From contig CAWVSB010000001.1 of NCBI GenBank assembly GCA_963933215.1, positions 626-64,625 on the forward strand: a stretch of DNA of 64,000 bases, in the 5' to 3' direction. Below the pieces are notes generated by a model. The model searched no databases, had not been told where the DNA came from, and was given only the letters and a program-made list of their open reading frames with translations. How positions within the stretch are numbered: the stretch's first letter is position 1; each line of letters begins with the position of its first letter. The DNA comes from an uncultured Cellvibrionales bacterium. Its GTDB lineage: Bacteria; Pseudomonadota; Gammaproteobacteria; Pseudomonadales; CAWVSB01. The translations under genes and the position numbers were made by a program. Shown here in pieces: positions 39,160-49,438 of the stretch.

Positions 39160-39939
39160 ATGCTAAAAAAAGCGCTAATAACATTGGTTATTGGCGCTTT
39201 TTTATTGCCGCTAGAAAAGGTAACAGCAAGTTGCGAGTATTCTGGCGCGCTTGAAAATGTGGTTATTAGGTCAATCACCGACGGTGACACCTTGGTGTTG
39301 GATGACGGTCGCAAAGTAAGGTTGCTGGGAGTCAATACTCCAGAGCTGGGTTTTGGCAGTCAGTTAAGCGAGCCATATGCGCTTGCTGCTAAAAGCTATG
39401 TTGAAAGTTTGTGGGTTAGTGAGCAGCGCGCAACAATTGGTATTGGACAGCAAGGTAAAGATAAATATGACAGAGTTTTGGCGCATGTATTTATTGGTGA
39501 GGTAGATGTTGTACAGCACTTGCTAGCCAAGGGTTGGGGATTTTCTAATGTTAGGCCGCCGGATCTTGAGTTAGCTGGTTGTTATGCAGATATTGCCGCT
39601 AAGGCTCGACAGGCCAATTTAGCTGTTTGGGCTAATGGTGCCTTTTACTCAGATAGTCGGGCTGATTTAGCCGCAGGTTTTACCGTATTAACTGGTACGT
39701 TGGTTGATGTGAATGTTGCTGGACGCAGTTGGTGGCTGAGGCTTGATGGCGATGCAGTGCTATTAATTAATAAGGCCAGCCAGGAATATTTTTCCAAGCG
39801 TGAGTTAACAGCTATGCTGGGTAAAAAAATAACCGTACAAGGTTGGCTGGCCCCACGACGAGGCCAATCTAAGGCGGGGTATGCCAATTGGATACTGTCG
39901 GTATATCATCCGTTTGCCGTATTAGATGTAGTCGAGTAG
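39160..39939 (+). CDS. Thermonuclease (staphylococcal nuclease-like) family protein, secreted or lipoprotein-like
   Basis: 259 aa counted from ATG 39160 (MLKKALITLVIGAFLLPLEKVTASC). The SNase core is SITDGDTLVLDDGRKVRLLGVNTPE...YDRVLAHVF, with about 90 extra C-terminal residues. The track start at 38995 overlaps rpmE. Confidence 0.8.
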   Translation: MLKKALITLVIGAFLLPLEKVTASCEYSGALENVVIRSITDGDTLVLDDGRKVRLLGVNTPELGFGSQLSEPYALAAKSYVESLWVSEQRATIGIGQQGKDKYDRVLAHVFIGEVDVVQHLLAKGWGFSNVRPPDLELAGCYADIAAKARQANLAVWANGAFYSDSRADLAAGFTVLTGTLVDVNVAGRSWWLRLDGDAVLLINKASQEYFSKRELTAMLGKKITVQGWLAPRRGQSKAGYANWILSVYHPFAVLDVVE

Positions 39940-40052
39940 GCAGTTTTTATCATTATTATAATTTTGTAGTTAAGCTACGTAGCTTGTAGAGCTAGCCCTA
40001 TTTCTATATGATTCGTGCCTTTAAATTTCAGATTCAATATCGGTAATTCATT

Positions 40053-41297
40053 ATGTTAGACGCTAAGCAAGCAGCGCTCGATTATCACGCTAAGCCATCG
40101 CCCGGCAAAATCAGCATTGAGTTAACCACGGCGGCCGAAACCCAAGCGGATTTGGCTTTGGCTTATAGCCCCGGTGTGGCAGAGCCAGTGCGTGAGATAG
40201 CAAGAGACCCTGAGCTGGCTTATGAATACACCATTAAAGGTAATTTGGTTGCGGTGATTTCTGACGGTTCGGCTATTTTGGGCTTGGGTAATTTGGGTCC
40301 GTTGGCAAGTAAGCCAGTTATGGAAGGTAAGGCTTTGTTATTTAAACGCTTTGCTAATATTGACTCTATTGATATTGAAGTTGAAGCGGAAGACTACAAA
40401 GCATTTATTACAACAGTTAAAAGTATTGCGAATACCTTTGGTGGGATAAATCTGGAAGATATAAAAGCTCCTGAGTGTTTTTATATCGAGAAAGAACTGA
40501 TTGAACAGTGTGATATTCCGATTTTTCATGATGATCAGCATGGTACGGCGATTGTTACTGCCGCCGGGATGATTAACGCGTTGGAAGTGCAAGGTAAAGA
40601 TATTGCTCAGGCAAAAATAGTTTGCTTAGGCGCGGGTGCAGCGGCTATTGCCTGTATGCGGTTACTATTATCAGTTGGCGTCAACCGCGAAAATATATTT
40701 ATGCTGGATCGAACGGGTGTTATTTACACTGGTCGAAGCGGCGTGAACGAATTTAAAGCTGAATTTGCTAATGACACTGCCGCGCGCAGTTTGGCTGATG
40801 CCTGTATAGATGCCGATGTGTTTATTGGTTTGTCTGGGCCTAATTTATTGTCGCCAGATTTATTGAAAACGATGGCGCCAAACCCAGTGGTATTTGCCTG
40901 TTCAAATCCGGACCCAGAAATTACCCCAGCGCTAGCGCTTGCTACTCGTGATGACTTGATTATAGCCACCGGCCGCAGCGATTATCCCAACCAAGTAAAT
41001 AACGTGCTGGGCTTTCCGTTTATTTTCCGCGGGGCTTTAGATGTGCGCGCTACTGAGATAAACGAAGCGATGAAAGTGGCAGCCGTAAAAGCTTTGTGTG
41101 AGCTAGCGAAGTTACCAGTGACGCAAGAAGTATTAGATGCCTGCGATGAGAAGTCTTTAACGTTTGGGCGTGATTATATTATTCCTAAGCCAGTAGATAG
41201 TCGCTTGTTGGGATTGGTAAGCGCCGCTGTTGCTAAAGCAGCCGTTGATTCTGGTGTCGCAAAGCTGCCATATCCGGCGCATTACCCGCTTAACTAA
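40053..41297 (+). CDS. NAD(P)-dependent malic enzyme, short form without PTA domain
   Basis: 414 aa; DLALAYSPGVAEP, GSAILGLGNLGP.ASKPVMEGKA.LFK, FGGINLEDI, LGAGAAAIA, NPDPEI. Confidence 0.9.
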   Translation: MLDAKQAALDYHAKPSPGKISIELTTAAETQADLALAYSPGVAEPVREIARDPELAYEYTIKGNLVAVISDGSAILGLGNLGPLASKPVMEGKALLFKRFANIDSIDIEVEAEDYKAFITTVKSIANTFGGINLEDIKAPECFYIEKELIEQCDIPIFHDDQHGTAIVTAAGMINALEVQGKDIAQAKIVCLGAGAAAIACMRLLLSVGVNRENIFMLDRTGVIYTGRSGVNEFKAEFANDTAARSLADACIDADVFIGLSGPNLLSPDLLKTMAPNPVVFACSNPDPEITPALALATRDDLIIATGRSDYPNQVNNVLGFPFIFRGALDVRATEINEAMKVAAVKALCELAKLPVTQEVLDACDEKSLTFGRDYIIPKPVDSRLLGLVSAAVAKAAVDSGVAKLPYPAHYPLN

Positions 41298-41314
41298 TCA
41301 GTGTTGGTGGCGGC

Positions 41315-43783
41315 TTAGAACAACCCGCCTTCGTCTATTTGATTATAACTATTAGAGCCGCCATCCGACGGCTCGGATGATACACCTTCCTGTGGCATAT
41401 TCTCTTCTAAGAAAACTTCGAAGATAGCGTTTTCCTGATCTGGCCTGGCCAGTGCGCCGGTTTCTGGGTCTATTCTTACTGAGACTAAACCGTTGGGTCT
41501 TGGTCTGGGCGAATCAGGTTTTCCGGCAAGCGCTATGCGCATGTAATCAATCCATATCGGTAATGCTGCACTGCCGCCATATTCTCGCTTGCCGAGCATT
41601 TCGTATTGATCAAATCCTACCCAAGTAGTGGTCACTATGTCTGGATTGTAGCCAGAAAACCAAGCGTCAGTGGGGCCGTTGGTAGTGCCTGTCTTGCCGG
41701 CTATATCTGTTCTTGCTAAAACCAAAGCTTTTCTTGCGGTACCTTTTTTAACCACGTCCATTAGCATTGTGTCAATTAAGTAGATTGTTCTTGGGTCCGC
41801 AATTTGGGGAGCGATGTTAATAGCCTTACCAATAGTTGCGGTAGTTTCTCCCGCTAACGGCAAGTCTAGTGGCTCTTTATTTGCTAATAGTTCGTCGAGT
41901 ATCTCATCTGCTAATGGGTTGGGCTGATTACAGCTGCCACAAGCAATGGCAGGGTTGGCTTCAAATAACACCTGGTTATCGATATTTTCTATTTTGTCGA
42001 TAAGATAGGGCGATATTTTGAAACCACCATTGGCAAGACTGGCGTATGCGGTTACCACTTCAATCGGGGTACTGGCTTGAGTGCCTAATGCTAGTGATAG
42101 GTTACGAGGTAATTCTCTGCCATCAAAGCCGAAGTTTTCGGCATAGTTAATGACTTTGTCTACGCCGAGAGATCGCAGTAGCCTAATAGATACTAGATTA
42201 CGGCTTTGATACAAGGCTTTTCTAAGGGTTGTCGGACCATAGAACTTACCGGAAGAATTTTCCGGTCGCCAGGTATTTTCAAGTCCAGTGTCTTCAAACA
42301 CTACCGGCGCATCGTTGATAATGCTGGCGGGGGTGAAGCCGTTTTCAAGTGCTGCAGCATACAAAAACGGCTTGAAGTTTGAGCCTGGTTGGCGCTTAGC
42401 TTGAGTGACTCGGTTAAAGTTACTACGGCTGAAATTAAAGCCACCGACAAGTGCTTTTATAGCTCCGGTTTGTGGTTCAAGTGATACTAGCGCGGCTTGT
42501 GCTTTCGGTATCTGTGCTAGTTGCCATTCACCATTAATTTGCTGCACTCTGATAACATCACCAATACTAAACACCTCGGCTGCGGTCTTCGGTGGCTGGC
42601 CCATGCGGTTTTCGCTGATATACGCTCGTGCGGTGCTTATCCCTTGCTCCCATTGCAGAGTTATTTCGGACTGGTCGGCTAGCAATAGCTGGGCTTGCTG
42701 CTCCGCTAGACTTAATATTAGTGCGGGATAAAGTTCAGCTATTGGCTTTATCTTTCTTAACGCTATTGCTAGCTGTTCTGGATCAGGAGTTACGCCGACA
42801 GTGATAACTGTTTCTGAGCCCCTGTAGCCGTGACGCTTGTCGTAAGCGATCAACCCGTCCTCTATCGCTTTATTTGCCTGAGACTGCAGAACTCCATCGA
42901 CGGTGGTGTAAGCTCGATAGCCGTCGGTGTAAGCTTTTAAGCCATGCTTGACAATCATTTCTTGTCGCGCCATTTCTGCCACATGCGGCGCATAAAGCTC
43001 TACCATTGTGCCGTGATAAGTGGCAGTAATTTGCTCAGTTATGGCGTTTTGTTTTTCTTTCTCGGTGATATAGCCAAGTTTTTCCATCCGCCCGATAATC
43101 CAGTCACGGCGCATTAATGCCCGTTCTGGTCTGACAATCGGGTTATATTTTGATGGTGCTATTGGCAGGCCAGCGATCATTGCATGTTGAGCAAGAGTGA
43201 GTTCATCAATCGATTTGCCATAATAAACTTGAGCGGCTGCTTGAGCACCATAAGCGCGTTTGCCGAGAAATATTTTATTGAGGTAGAGTTCTAGGATTTG
43301 CTCTTTTGACAGTTCGCGCTCTAATTGCAGTGATAATAATATTTCAATGAATTTTCGGGTGAAAGTCCTTTCGCGAGTAAGAAAATAATTTTTGGCAACC
43401 TGCATGGTAATAGTTGATCCACCGGACTGAATAGACCCAGTGGTTACAAGGTCTACCGCCGCTCTAATGAGGCCAATAATTGACACGCCCTCATGTTCAA
43501 AAAATCTATCGTCTTCGGCGGCTAATATAGCTTGGATAAATCGTTGGGGGATTTCTTCATAACTAAGAGGTGTGCGTTTTTTTTCCCCGAATTCCCCTAT
43601 TAAAAGGTTATCTGCGGAATAGACCCGCAGCGGAACTTGCAGGCGAATATCATTTATTTGATCGATATTAGGCAGTCTAGGCTGTAGATATAAAACAACT
43701 GCTGCGCTGGCTGTCAGGCCGCTAAATACTCCAAATAGAGCCAAGTAGGCAAAAATTGCTAATTTGCTTGCAGATTTGGACAT
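41315..43783 (-). CDS. mrcA: Penicillin-binding protein 1A (bifunctional transglycosylase/transpeptidase)
   Basis: 822 aa. It has the GT51 motifs EDDRFFEHEGV and GGSTITMQ, and the transpeptidase motifs SNFKPF (SxxK), SRN and KTGTT. Confidence 0.94.
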   Translation of the reverse strand: MSKSASKLAIFAYLALFGVFSGLTASAAVVLYLQPRLPNIDQINDIRLQVPLRVYSADNLLIGEFGEKKRTPLSYEEIPQRFIQAILAAEDDRFFEHEGVSIIGLIRAAVDLVTTGSIQSGGSTITMQVAKNYFLTRERTFTRKFIEILLSLQLERELSKEQILELYLNKIFLGKRAYGAQAAAQVYYGKSIDELTLAQHAMIAGLPIAPSKYNPIVRPERALMRRDWIIGRMEKLGYITEKEKQNAITEQITATYHGTMVELYAPHVAEMARQEMIVKHGLKAYTDGYRAYTTVDGVLQSQANKAIEDGLIAYDKRHGYRGSETVITVGVTPDPEQLAIALRKIKPIAELYPALILSLAEQQAQLLLADQSEITLQWEQGISTARAYISENRMGQPPKTAAEVFSIGDVIRVQQINGEWQLAQIPKAQAALVSLEPQTGAIKALVGGFNFSRSNFNRVTQAKRQPGSNFKPFLYAAALENGFTPASIINDAPVVFEDTGLENTWRPENSSGKFYGPTTLRKALYQSRNLVSIRLLRSLGVDKVINYAENFGFDGRELPRNLSLALGTQASTPIEVVTAYASLANGGFKISPYLIDKIENIDNQVLFEANPAIACGSCNQPNPLADEILDELLANKEPLDLPLAGETTATIGKAINIAPQIADPRTIYLIDTMLMDVVKKGTARKALVLARTDIAGKTGTTNGPTDAWFSGYNPDIVTTTWVGFDQYEMLGKREYGGSAALPIWIDYMRIALAGKPDSPRPRPNGLVSVRIDPETGALARPDQENAIFEVFLEENMPQEGVSSEPSDGGSNSYNQIDEGGLF

Positions 43784-43953
43784 ATATTCCTTGTAGAAGT
43801 TATTTTTCTTACAATTTGACGTAAAAATGTATCAAAGTCACATTATAGGCTTTTTTTCAGGTTTATTATATTTGCGATTTTACATAAGCTGAACTTTAAT
43901 GTATTACTACACATATAAGGGCTAAGTATCGGTAACTGGCGAGAAAAATTATA

Positions 43954-45018
43954 GTGCTAGGATTATTTGGAAAGAAAAAAAATACAATAATGTTGGGCTT
44001 GGACATCAGCTCATCGACAGTCAAGCTATTGGAGCTGGGCCAAGATGATAATGGCTATGTGGTGGAGTCTTACTCCGTTGTTCCCCTGCCGGCTAATGCT
44101 GTGGTCGAGAAAAATATTCAAGAAGTGGGTGTAGTGGGCGATATGCTGCAACAAGCCTTGGATAAGTCTAAGACAAAAGTGAAGTTTGCAGCAGTAGCTG
44201 TCTCCGGTGCGGCCGTGATTACCAAAGTCATCGAGATTGATGGTGGCTTAACTGACTCTGAGCTAGAACTTGAGATTGAATTAGAGGCCGACCAATACAT
44301 TCCCTATCCGCTAGACGAGGTTGCAATAGACTTTGCCTTGTTGGGCCAATCTGAGCGTGATGAAGCGCAAGATCAGGTTTTGCTTGCCGCTTGTCGTCGA
44401 GAAAATATAGAAGCGCGTACTGATGCTTTGGACATTGTATCGCTTACGCCAAAAGTCGTGGATATTGAGGCTTATGCGCTACAGCGAGTTGTAGAAATGG
44501 TACTGCCTCAGCTAGAGCTTGACTATGAAAAGGTAGTGGCAGTTGTAGATATTGGCAATACTACAATGACCTTAAGTATCTTCAGCGAAGGTGAAACAAA
44601 ATATACCAGAGAGCAAAGCTTCGGCGGCATTCAGTTAGTTGAAGAAATTCAGCGCAGGTTCGGTTTGTCGCAAGAAGAGGCGGCCTCAGCCTTACGCAGC
44701 GGTGGGCTGCCAGAGGGTTATGACGAAGAAGTTCTGCACCCTTTTAAAGATTCAATCGTTCAACAAATTACCCGCTCGCTGCAATTCTTTTTTTCATCAA
44801 GTGCCTACAGTGATGTTGACTATATATTGTTGGCTGGTGGCGTATCTGTTATCCCAGACTTAGATAGCGTGGTGAGCGAGCAGCTTGGCAGTGCTTGCTC
44901 AGTGCTTAATCCATTTGAGAATATGAACCTCGCAAAGGGTGTAGATGCACAAGCTTTAGAAAATGATGCTCCAGCAATGGTAATTGCCTGTGGTTTGGCA
45001 ATGAGGAGTTTCAGCTGA
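43954..45018 (+). CDS. pilM: Type IV pilus assembly protein PilM (actin-like ATPase fold)
   Basis: 354 aa with a GTG start. The N-terminal LGLDISSSTVKLLEL is typical, and the gene is first in the pilMNOPQ order, divergent from mrcA. Confidence 0.92.
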   Translation: MLGLFGKKKNTIMLGLDISSSTVKLLELGQDDNGYVVESYSVVPLPANAVVEKNIQEVGVVGDMLQQALDKSKTKVKFAAVAVSGAAVITKVIEIDGGLTDSELELEIELEADQYIPYPLDEVAIDFALLGQSERDEAQDQVLLAACRRENIEARTDALDIVSLTPKVVDIEAYALQRVVEMVLPQLELDYEKVVAVVDIGNTTMTLSIFSEGETKYTREQSFGGIQLVEEIQRRFGLSQEEAASALRSGGLPEGYDEEVLHPFKDSIVQQITRSLQFFFSSSAYSDVDYILLAGGVSVIPDLDSVVSEQLGSACSVLNPFENMNLAKGVDAQALENDAPAMVIACGLAMRSFS

Positions 45019-45593
45019 TGCCAAATATTAATTTACTGCCATGGCGAGAGGAGCTTAGAGAAGAGCTGAAAAAGCAGTTTATTGTTATCACTGCGGTCAT
45101 CGCTGTTTTTGCTGTTACCTCTGTCGGCCTAGCGTGGCTTGTCATGCAATCGAATATTGACTATCAGCTACTGCGTAATAATTATGTGCAAACAGAAATT
45201 AATCGGGTGTCTTCTCAAGTAACAGAGATAAAAGAATTAAAGGCAAAGCGTAAGCAGATGCTCGAGAGAATGCGAGTTATTCAAAGCTTGCAAGGCAATA
45301 GGCCTGTTATTGTCAATTTGGTTGATGAGTTGGTTAGGATTATTCCTGACGGAGTATTTTTGACTCAGGTTTCGACAGTAGATGACCTAATTAGTATTAA
45401 AGGTACTGCTGAATCAAATAACCGGGTAGCTAGTTTGATGAGAAACGTGGATCGCTCAGTGTGGTTTAGAGAGCCTAGCTTAACTGAAGTTACTGCCAAT
45501 AAAGCGTTTGGCCCCAGAGCTAATAATTTTTCGATGTCGATGGTTCTTTTTCCTCCAGAGCTAGCTTCGCAAGCAGATAAGGAAGAGCGCTAG
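45018..45593 (+). CDS. pilN: Type IV pilus assembly protein PilN
   Basis: 191 aa; INLLPWRE N-terminal motif and a single TM helix. The start overlaps the pilM stop. Confidence 0.9.
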   Translation: MPNINLLPWREELREELKKQFIVITAVIAVFAVTSVGLAWLVMQSNIDYQLLRNNYVQTEINRVSSQVTEIKELKAKRKQMLERMRVIQSLQGNRPVIVNLVDELVRIIPDGVFLTQVSTVDDLISIKGTAESNNRVASLMRNVDRSVWFREPSLTEVTANKAFGPRANNFSMSMVLFPPELASQADKEER

Positions 45594-45595
45594 AT

Positions 45596-46198
45596 ATGGC
45601 GATTGAAGATATTATAAAAAGTCTGCAGGAAATAGAGTTAAGCGAGCTTACTGTTGATAATATTGGTTCATGGCCAGTTGTGGTTAAAGCAGCGGCCTGG
45701 GTCTTGGCGTTTGTGCTTATCGTGACTGGCGGCTACTACGGCCTTATACAGTCAATGGAAGGCGAGTTAAAAAAGTCTCAGGCCCAAGAGCGGTCATTAA
45801 AAGTAAGTTATACCAATAAAGCTCATGAGGCAGCGAATTTAGAAGCCTACCGTCAACAGATGGTTGATATTGAAGAAAATTTCGGGACGTTGCTAAGTCA
45901 GTTGCCCAGCGATACCGAAGTTCCCGGGCTGTTGGATGATATTTCTAATGCGGGGGTTAGCAATGGGTTACAGTTTAATAAAATCGGGTTGCTGCCGGAA
46001 AATAAGAAAGAATTTTACATAGAGCTTCCAATAGCTATTTCAGTTGAAGGAACTTACCACGACATAGGTGCATTTGTTAGCTCGGTGGCTGCGTTGCCGC
46101 GAATAGTGACCTTGCATGACTTTACTGTGGATAGAGGTAAGACTGGCGGCAATTTAGTGATGAAAATTCAAGCTAAGACTTATCGGTACAAGGAGTAA
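45596..46198 (+). CDS. pilO: Type IV pilus assembly protein PilO
   Basis: 200 aa with one TM helix, a coiled coil and the C-terminal RIVTLHDF motif, in the expected operon position. Confidence 0.88.
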   Translation: MAIEDIIKSLQEIELSELTVDNIGSWPVVVKAAAWVLAFVLIVTGGYYGLIQSMEGELKKSQAQERSLKVSYTNKAHEAANLEAYRQQMVDIEENFGTLLSQLPSDTEVPGLLDDISNAGVSNGLQFNKIGLLPENKKEFYIELPIAISVEGTYHDIGAFVSSVAALPRIVTLHDFTVDRGKTGGNLVMKIQAKTYRYKE

Positions 46199-46737
46199 TG
46201 AACTTGTTTGATATAGTTAAAAGACTGGCATTAGCGAGTGTATTTATAGTAATCGCAGCCTGTGCTGGCGATAACGTAGATGATTTGCGTGATTTTGTTG
46301 CTGAGGTTAAGGCTAAGCCTGGTAAAAAAATAGACCCGATACCTACCTATCCGCCTTACCGATCATATACCTATCAAGTGATGACTATGCGGGCGCCGTT
46401 TTCTATTCCGGTGAAGGTGAAGCCTGTTTCAAAAGAGCAAATGGCGGCCACTGATGTTAAGCCTGATGAGAATCGTGCAAAAGAGTTTTTGGAGGGGTTT
46501 CAGCTAGAGTCCCTTAAAATGGTGGGTACTCTCTCGATCAAGGGTGTTATGACGGGATTAATAGGTGATAGCAGCGGTGCGGTGCATCCAGTATCGGTTG
46601 GTAATTTTGTTGGTAAAAGTCACGGGCGAGTTGTTGAAATCTATGATGGCCAAGTCGATGTAGTCGAAATAATTCCCAATGGAGCAGGTTCTTGGGTGGA
46701 GCGGCCTAGAGTGATAAAGTTGAGAGAATCAAAATAA
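46198..46737 (+). CDS. pilP: Type IV pilus assembly lipoprotein PilP
   Basis: 179 aa with a lipobox (VIAAC), in the expected operon position. The start overlaps the pilO stop. Confidence 0.85.
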   Translation: MNLFDIVKRLALASVFIVIAACAGDNVDDLRDFVAEVKAKPGKKIDPIPTYPPYRSYTYQVMTMRAPFSIPVKVKPVSKEQMAATDVKPDENRAKEFLEGFQLESLKMVGTLSIKGVMTGLIGDSSGAVHPVSVGNFVGKSHGRVVEIYDGQVDVVEIIPNGAGSWVERPRVIKLRESK

Positions 46738-48884
46738 TGAACAGGTTGATCAAAAGTATAGATGTAGGGGTAAGTTTTGGTGTTTCGATTAACAAATGGG
46801 TGGGGCAAATGTGTCGATTAAATATAGCTGTTTTACTTGGCCTATTACTGTGTGCTCAAGCTGTTCAAGCCTCGATAATTCAGACTATAGATTTTAATTC
46901 TCTTCCGGGCGGGGTTTTGGAAATTCGTTTAGATATGGACGGCACACCATCTGAACCTAAGGGGTATACGATTGATAAGCCGGCGCGAATAGCGTTGGAT
47001 TTGCCAAATATAAAAAGCGCACTGGCTAAAAAGAAGCATACAGTTGATTTTGGTAGTGCTGATAGCGTCATGGTTCTAGAGAGCGGTGATAGGACTCGAG
47101 TTATTATTAATTTAGTAGAGTTAACGGAGTATTCCACCCGGATTGAAGGCAATAGTTTATACATCCTTGTCGGCGGCGGCGGCAAGCAAGACTTTCTTAA
47201 ACGCGGGGAATCTAAGCTGGCCTCGCAATTTGGGGCTACTGAGGATGTTGACTCTATTTTAGGCTTGGATTTTAAGCGTGGTGAAGAAGGTGAAGGAAAA
47301 TTACTCATTAAGCTCTCCAGCTCTAATATAGCTGCGGATATATCAAAAGAAGGGCGAGTTATTACGCTTAAGCTGCCTGGTGTTGGGATGATGGAAGAGT
47401 TGAGAAGGAACTATGACGTAGTTGATTTCGCTACCCCTGTTACCATGTTTTCAGCTGATTATCGTTCAGGTAATAGCATAATTGAGATTAATCCAGTTGG
47501 TGATTTTGATTATTTGGCTTATCAGACAGATGATGTTTATGTTGTTAGCGTCAGGCCATTATCTGCTCAGGACATGGAAAACAAGAAGAAAGATTTTCTA
47601 TTTTCCGGTGAAAAGCTATCGCTTAATTTCCAAAGCATAGAGGTTAGAGCTGTACTGCAGTTAATAGCAGATTTTACTGATTTGAACCTTGTTGCCAGTG
47701 ACAGTGTTGCCGGTAATATTACTTTGCGGTTAGAGAACGTTCCTTGGGATCAAGCTTTGGATTTAGTGCTATCTACCAAGGGCTTAGACAAGCGTCAAAT
47801 TGGTAATGTGTTGATGGTGGCTCCAGCTGAAGAAATTGCGGCAAGAGAGCGTCAGGAAATAGAATCGTCTAAGCAGCTGGGTGAGATCTTGTCTCTTCAG
47901 ACTGAGCATATAAAAGTGCTGTATGCGGAAGCTTCAGATTTGGTGGGATTGTTACAGGGCGACGGCGATAATGGTTTGGTTTCTGAGCGTGGCAGTGTGT
48001 TGGTCGATGCTCGCACTAACTCGTTGTTGATTACCGAAACTAGCATAACTTTAGAAGAAATTAGAAGAGTTATTAAGCTGGTTGATATTCCGGTTAGGCA
48101 AGTGCTAATTGAAGCGCGCATCGTCATAGCGAATTCTGATTTTTCGAAGGACTTAGGTATTCGCTGGGGCGGACTCAACCTCGGCTTCGGATCATCTGAC
48201 ACTCGCAGTCGTTCTTTTGCGGGGAATTTGGAGTCAGCGACTGCCGCAATTACCAATGGCGGCGTTTCTGCGATAGATGTGCCGGGCGCATTGGCCGTTG
48301 ACTTGGGCGTTTCAGGTACCAGTGCAAGTAGGCTGGCGCTGGGTTATCAGAGCAGTAATATTTCGCTGGCGGCGGAGTTGTCGGCACTAGAGAGTAACGG
48401 TCAGGGTGAGGTAGTATCCCAGCCTAAAATCATTACCGGAGATAAACAGAAAGCGGTAATTAAGTCTGGACAACAAATCCCTTTCCTTCAATCCGCGCCA
48501 AATGGTGGGACTACCGTTAATTTTGAAGAAGCCGTGTTGAAATTAGAAGTAACGCCAAATATTACGCCAGACGATAGAATTTTGATGGATCTTGTGATTA
48601 ATCAAGATTCTCTCGGTGATTTTATCAATGGTCAATTCAACTCGCAGATTCCTATTATTGATACCACCGAATTGATCACACAAGTTCTAGTGAAGAATGG
48701 TGAAACCATTGTTTTAGGCGGTGTATTTCAAATCTCTGATGTAACTGAGACAACACAAACTCCATTTTTAGGTGATATTCCTTATTTGGGCCGGTTGTTC
48801 AAGCGGACTACTGAGCGAAAAGATAAAATTGAAACCTTGATATTTATTACTCCACGTATATTATCCGATGATTTATTGGATTGA
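46737..48884 (+). CDS. pilQ: Type IV pilus secretin PilQ
   Basis: 715 aa. It has N-terminal AMIN-type repeats, N0/N1 domains and a C-terminal secretin domain (GGVFQ...PFLGDIPYLGRLF...LIFITPRIL). An alternative start at ATG 46809 immediately precedes the signal peptide MCRLNIAVLLGLLLCAQAVQA. Confidence 0.92.
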   Translation: MNRLIKSIDVGVSFGVSINKWVGQMCRLNIAVLLGLLLCAQAVQASIIQTIDFNSLPGGVLEIRLDMDGTPSEPKGYTIDKPARIALDLPNIKSALAKKKHTVDFGSADSVMVLESGDRTRVIINLVELTEYSTRIEGNSLYILVGGGGKQDFLKRGESKLASQFGATEDVDSILGLDFKRGEEGEGKLLIKLSSSNIAADISKEGRVITLKLPGVGMMEELRRNYDVVDFATPVTMFSADYRSGNSIIEINPVGDFDYLAYQTDDVYVVSVRPLSAQDMENKKKDFLFSGEKLSLNFQSIEVRAVLQLIADFTDLNLVASDSVAGNITLRLENVPWDQALDLVLSTKGLDKRQIGNVLMVAPAEEIAARERQEIESSKQLGEILSLQTEHIKVLYAEASDLVGLLQGDGDNGLVSERGSVLVDARTNSLLITETSITLEEIRRVIKLVDIPVRQVLIEARIVIANSDFSKDLGIRWGGLNLGFGSSDTRSRSFAGNLESATAAITNGGVSAIDVPGALAVDLGVSGTSASRLALGYQSSNISLAAELSALESNGQGEVVSQPKIITGDKQKAVIKSGQQIPFLQSAPNGGTTVNFEEAVLKLEVTPNITPDDRILMDLVINQDSLGDFINGQFNSQIPIIDTTELITQVLVKNGETIVLGGVFQISDVTETTQTPFLGDIPYLGRLFKRTTERKDKIETLIFITPRILSDDLLD

Positions 48885-48895
48885 GTGGATCGTGA

Positions 48896-49432
48896 ATGGC
48901 TAAGGCAGACAATATATTCCTGATTGGTCCCATGGGGGCTGGTAAATCGACAATCGGCCGCCTTTTGGCGGCCGAATTGCATTTGCCGTTTTGCGATACT
49001 GATAAAGCAATAGAAGATCGCTGTGGGGCTGATATCCCTTGGATTTTTGATGTCGAGGGCGAAGATGGCTTTCGAGCTCGAGAATCATCAATGTTAGCTG
49101 AGTTATCCGAGGATAATGGGCTCGTGTTAGCCACCGGCGGCGGAATTATCTTATTAGCAGAAAATCGCAAAATGCTCCGCAGTCGTGGTTTTGTTGTCTA
49201 TCTCCGCGCTAGTGTTGATCAACAAGCTGCGCGAACGGCTAAAGATAAGAATCGACCTCTGCTGGAGTCGGGAGAGCCAAGAGAAGTTTTAGAGCAGCTG
49301 ATGTTAGTGCGAGACCCGCTGTATACTGAAGTTGCTGATATGATGGTAGATACCGACTCGCGCTCGCCAAAAGATGTCGCTAAAGATATCGCTAAAAAGC
49401 TAAGAGAAGAACGGGTGAGGGGTATTCAGTAA
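48896..49432 (+). CDS. aroK: Shikimate kinase
   Basis: 178 aa; [16 protein letters not shown], and GGG in LATGGGIIL. Confidence 0.93.
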   Translation: MAKADNIFLIGPMGAGKSTIGRLLAAELHLPFCDTDKAIEDRCGADIPWIFDVEGEDGFRARESSMLAELSEDNGLVLATGGGIILLAENRKMLRSRGFVVYLRASVDQQAARTAKDKNRPLLESGEPREVLEQLMLVRDPLYTEVADMMVDTDSRSPKDVAKDIAKKLREERVRGIQ

Positions 49433-49438
49433 CTTGAT

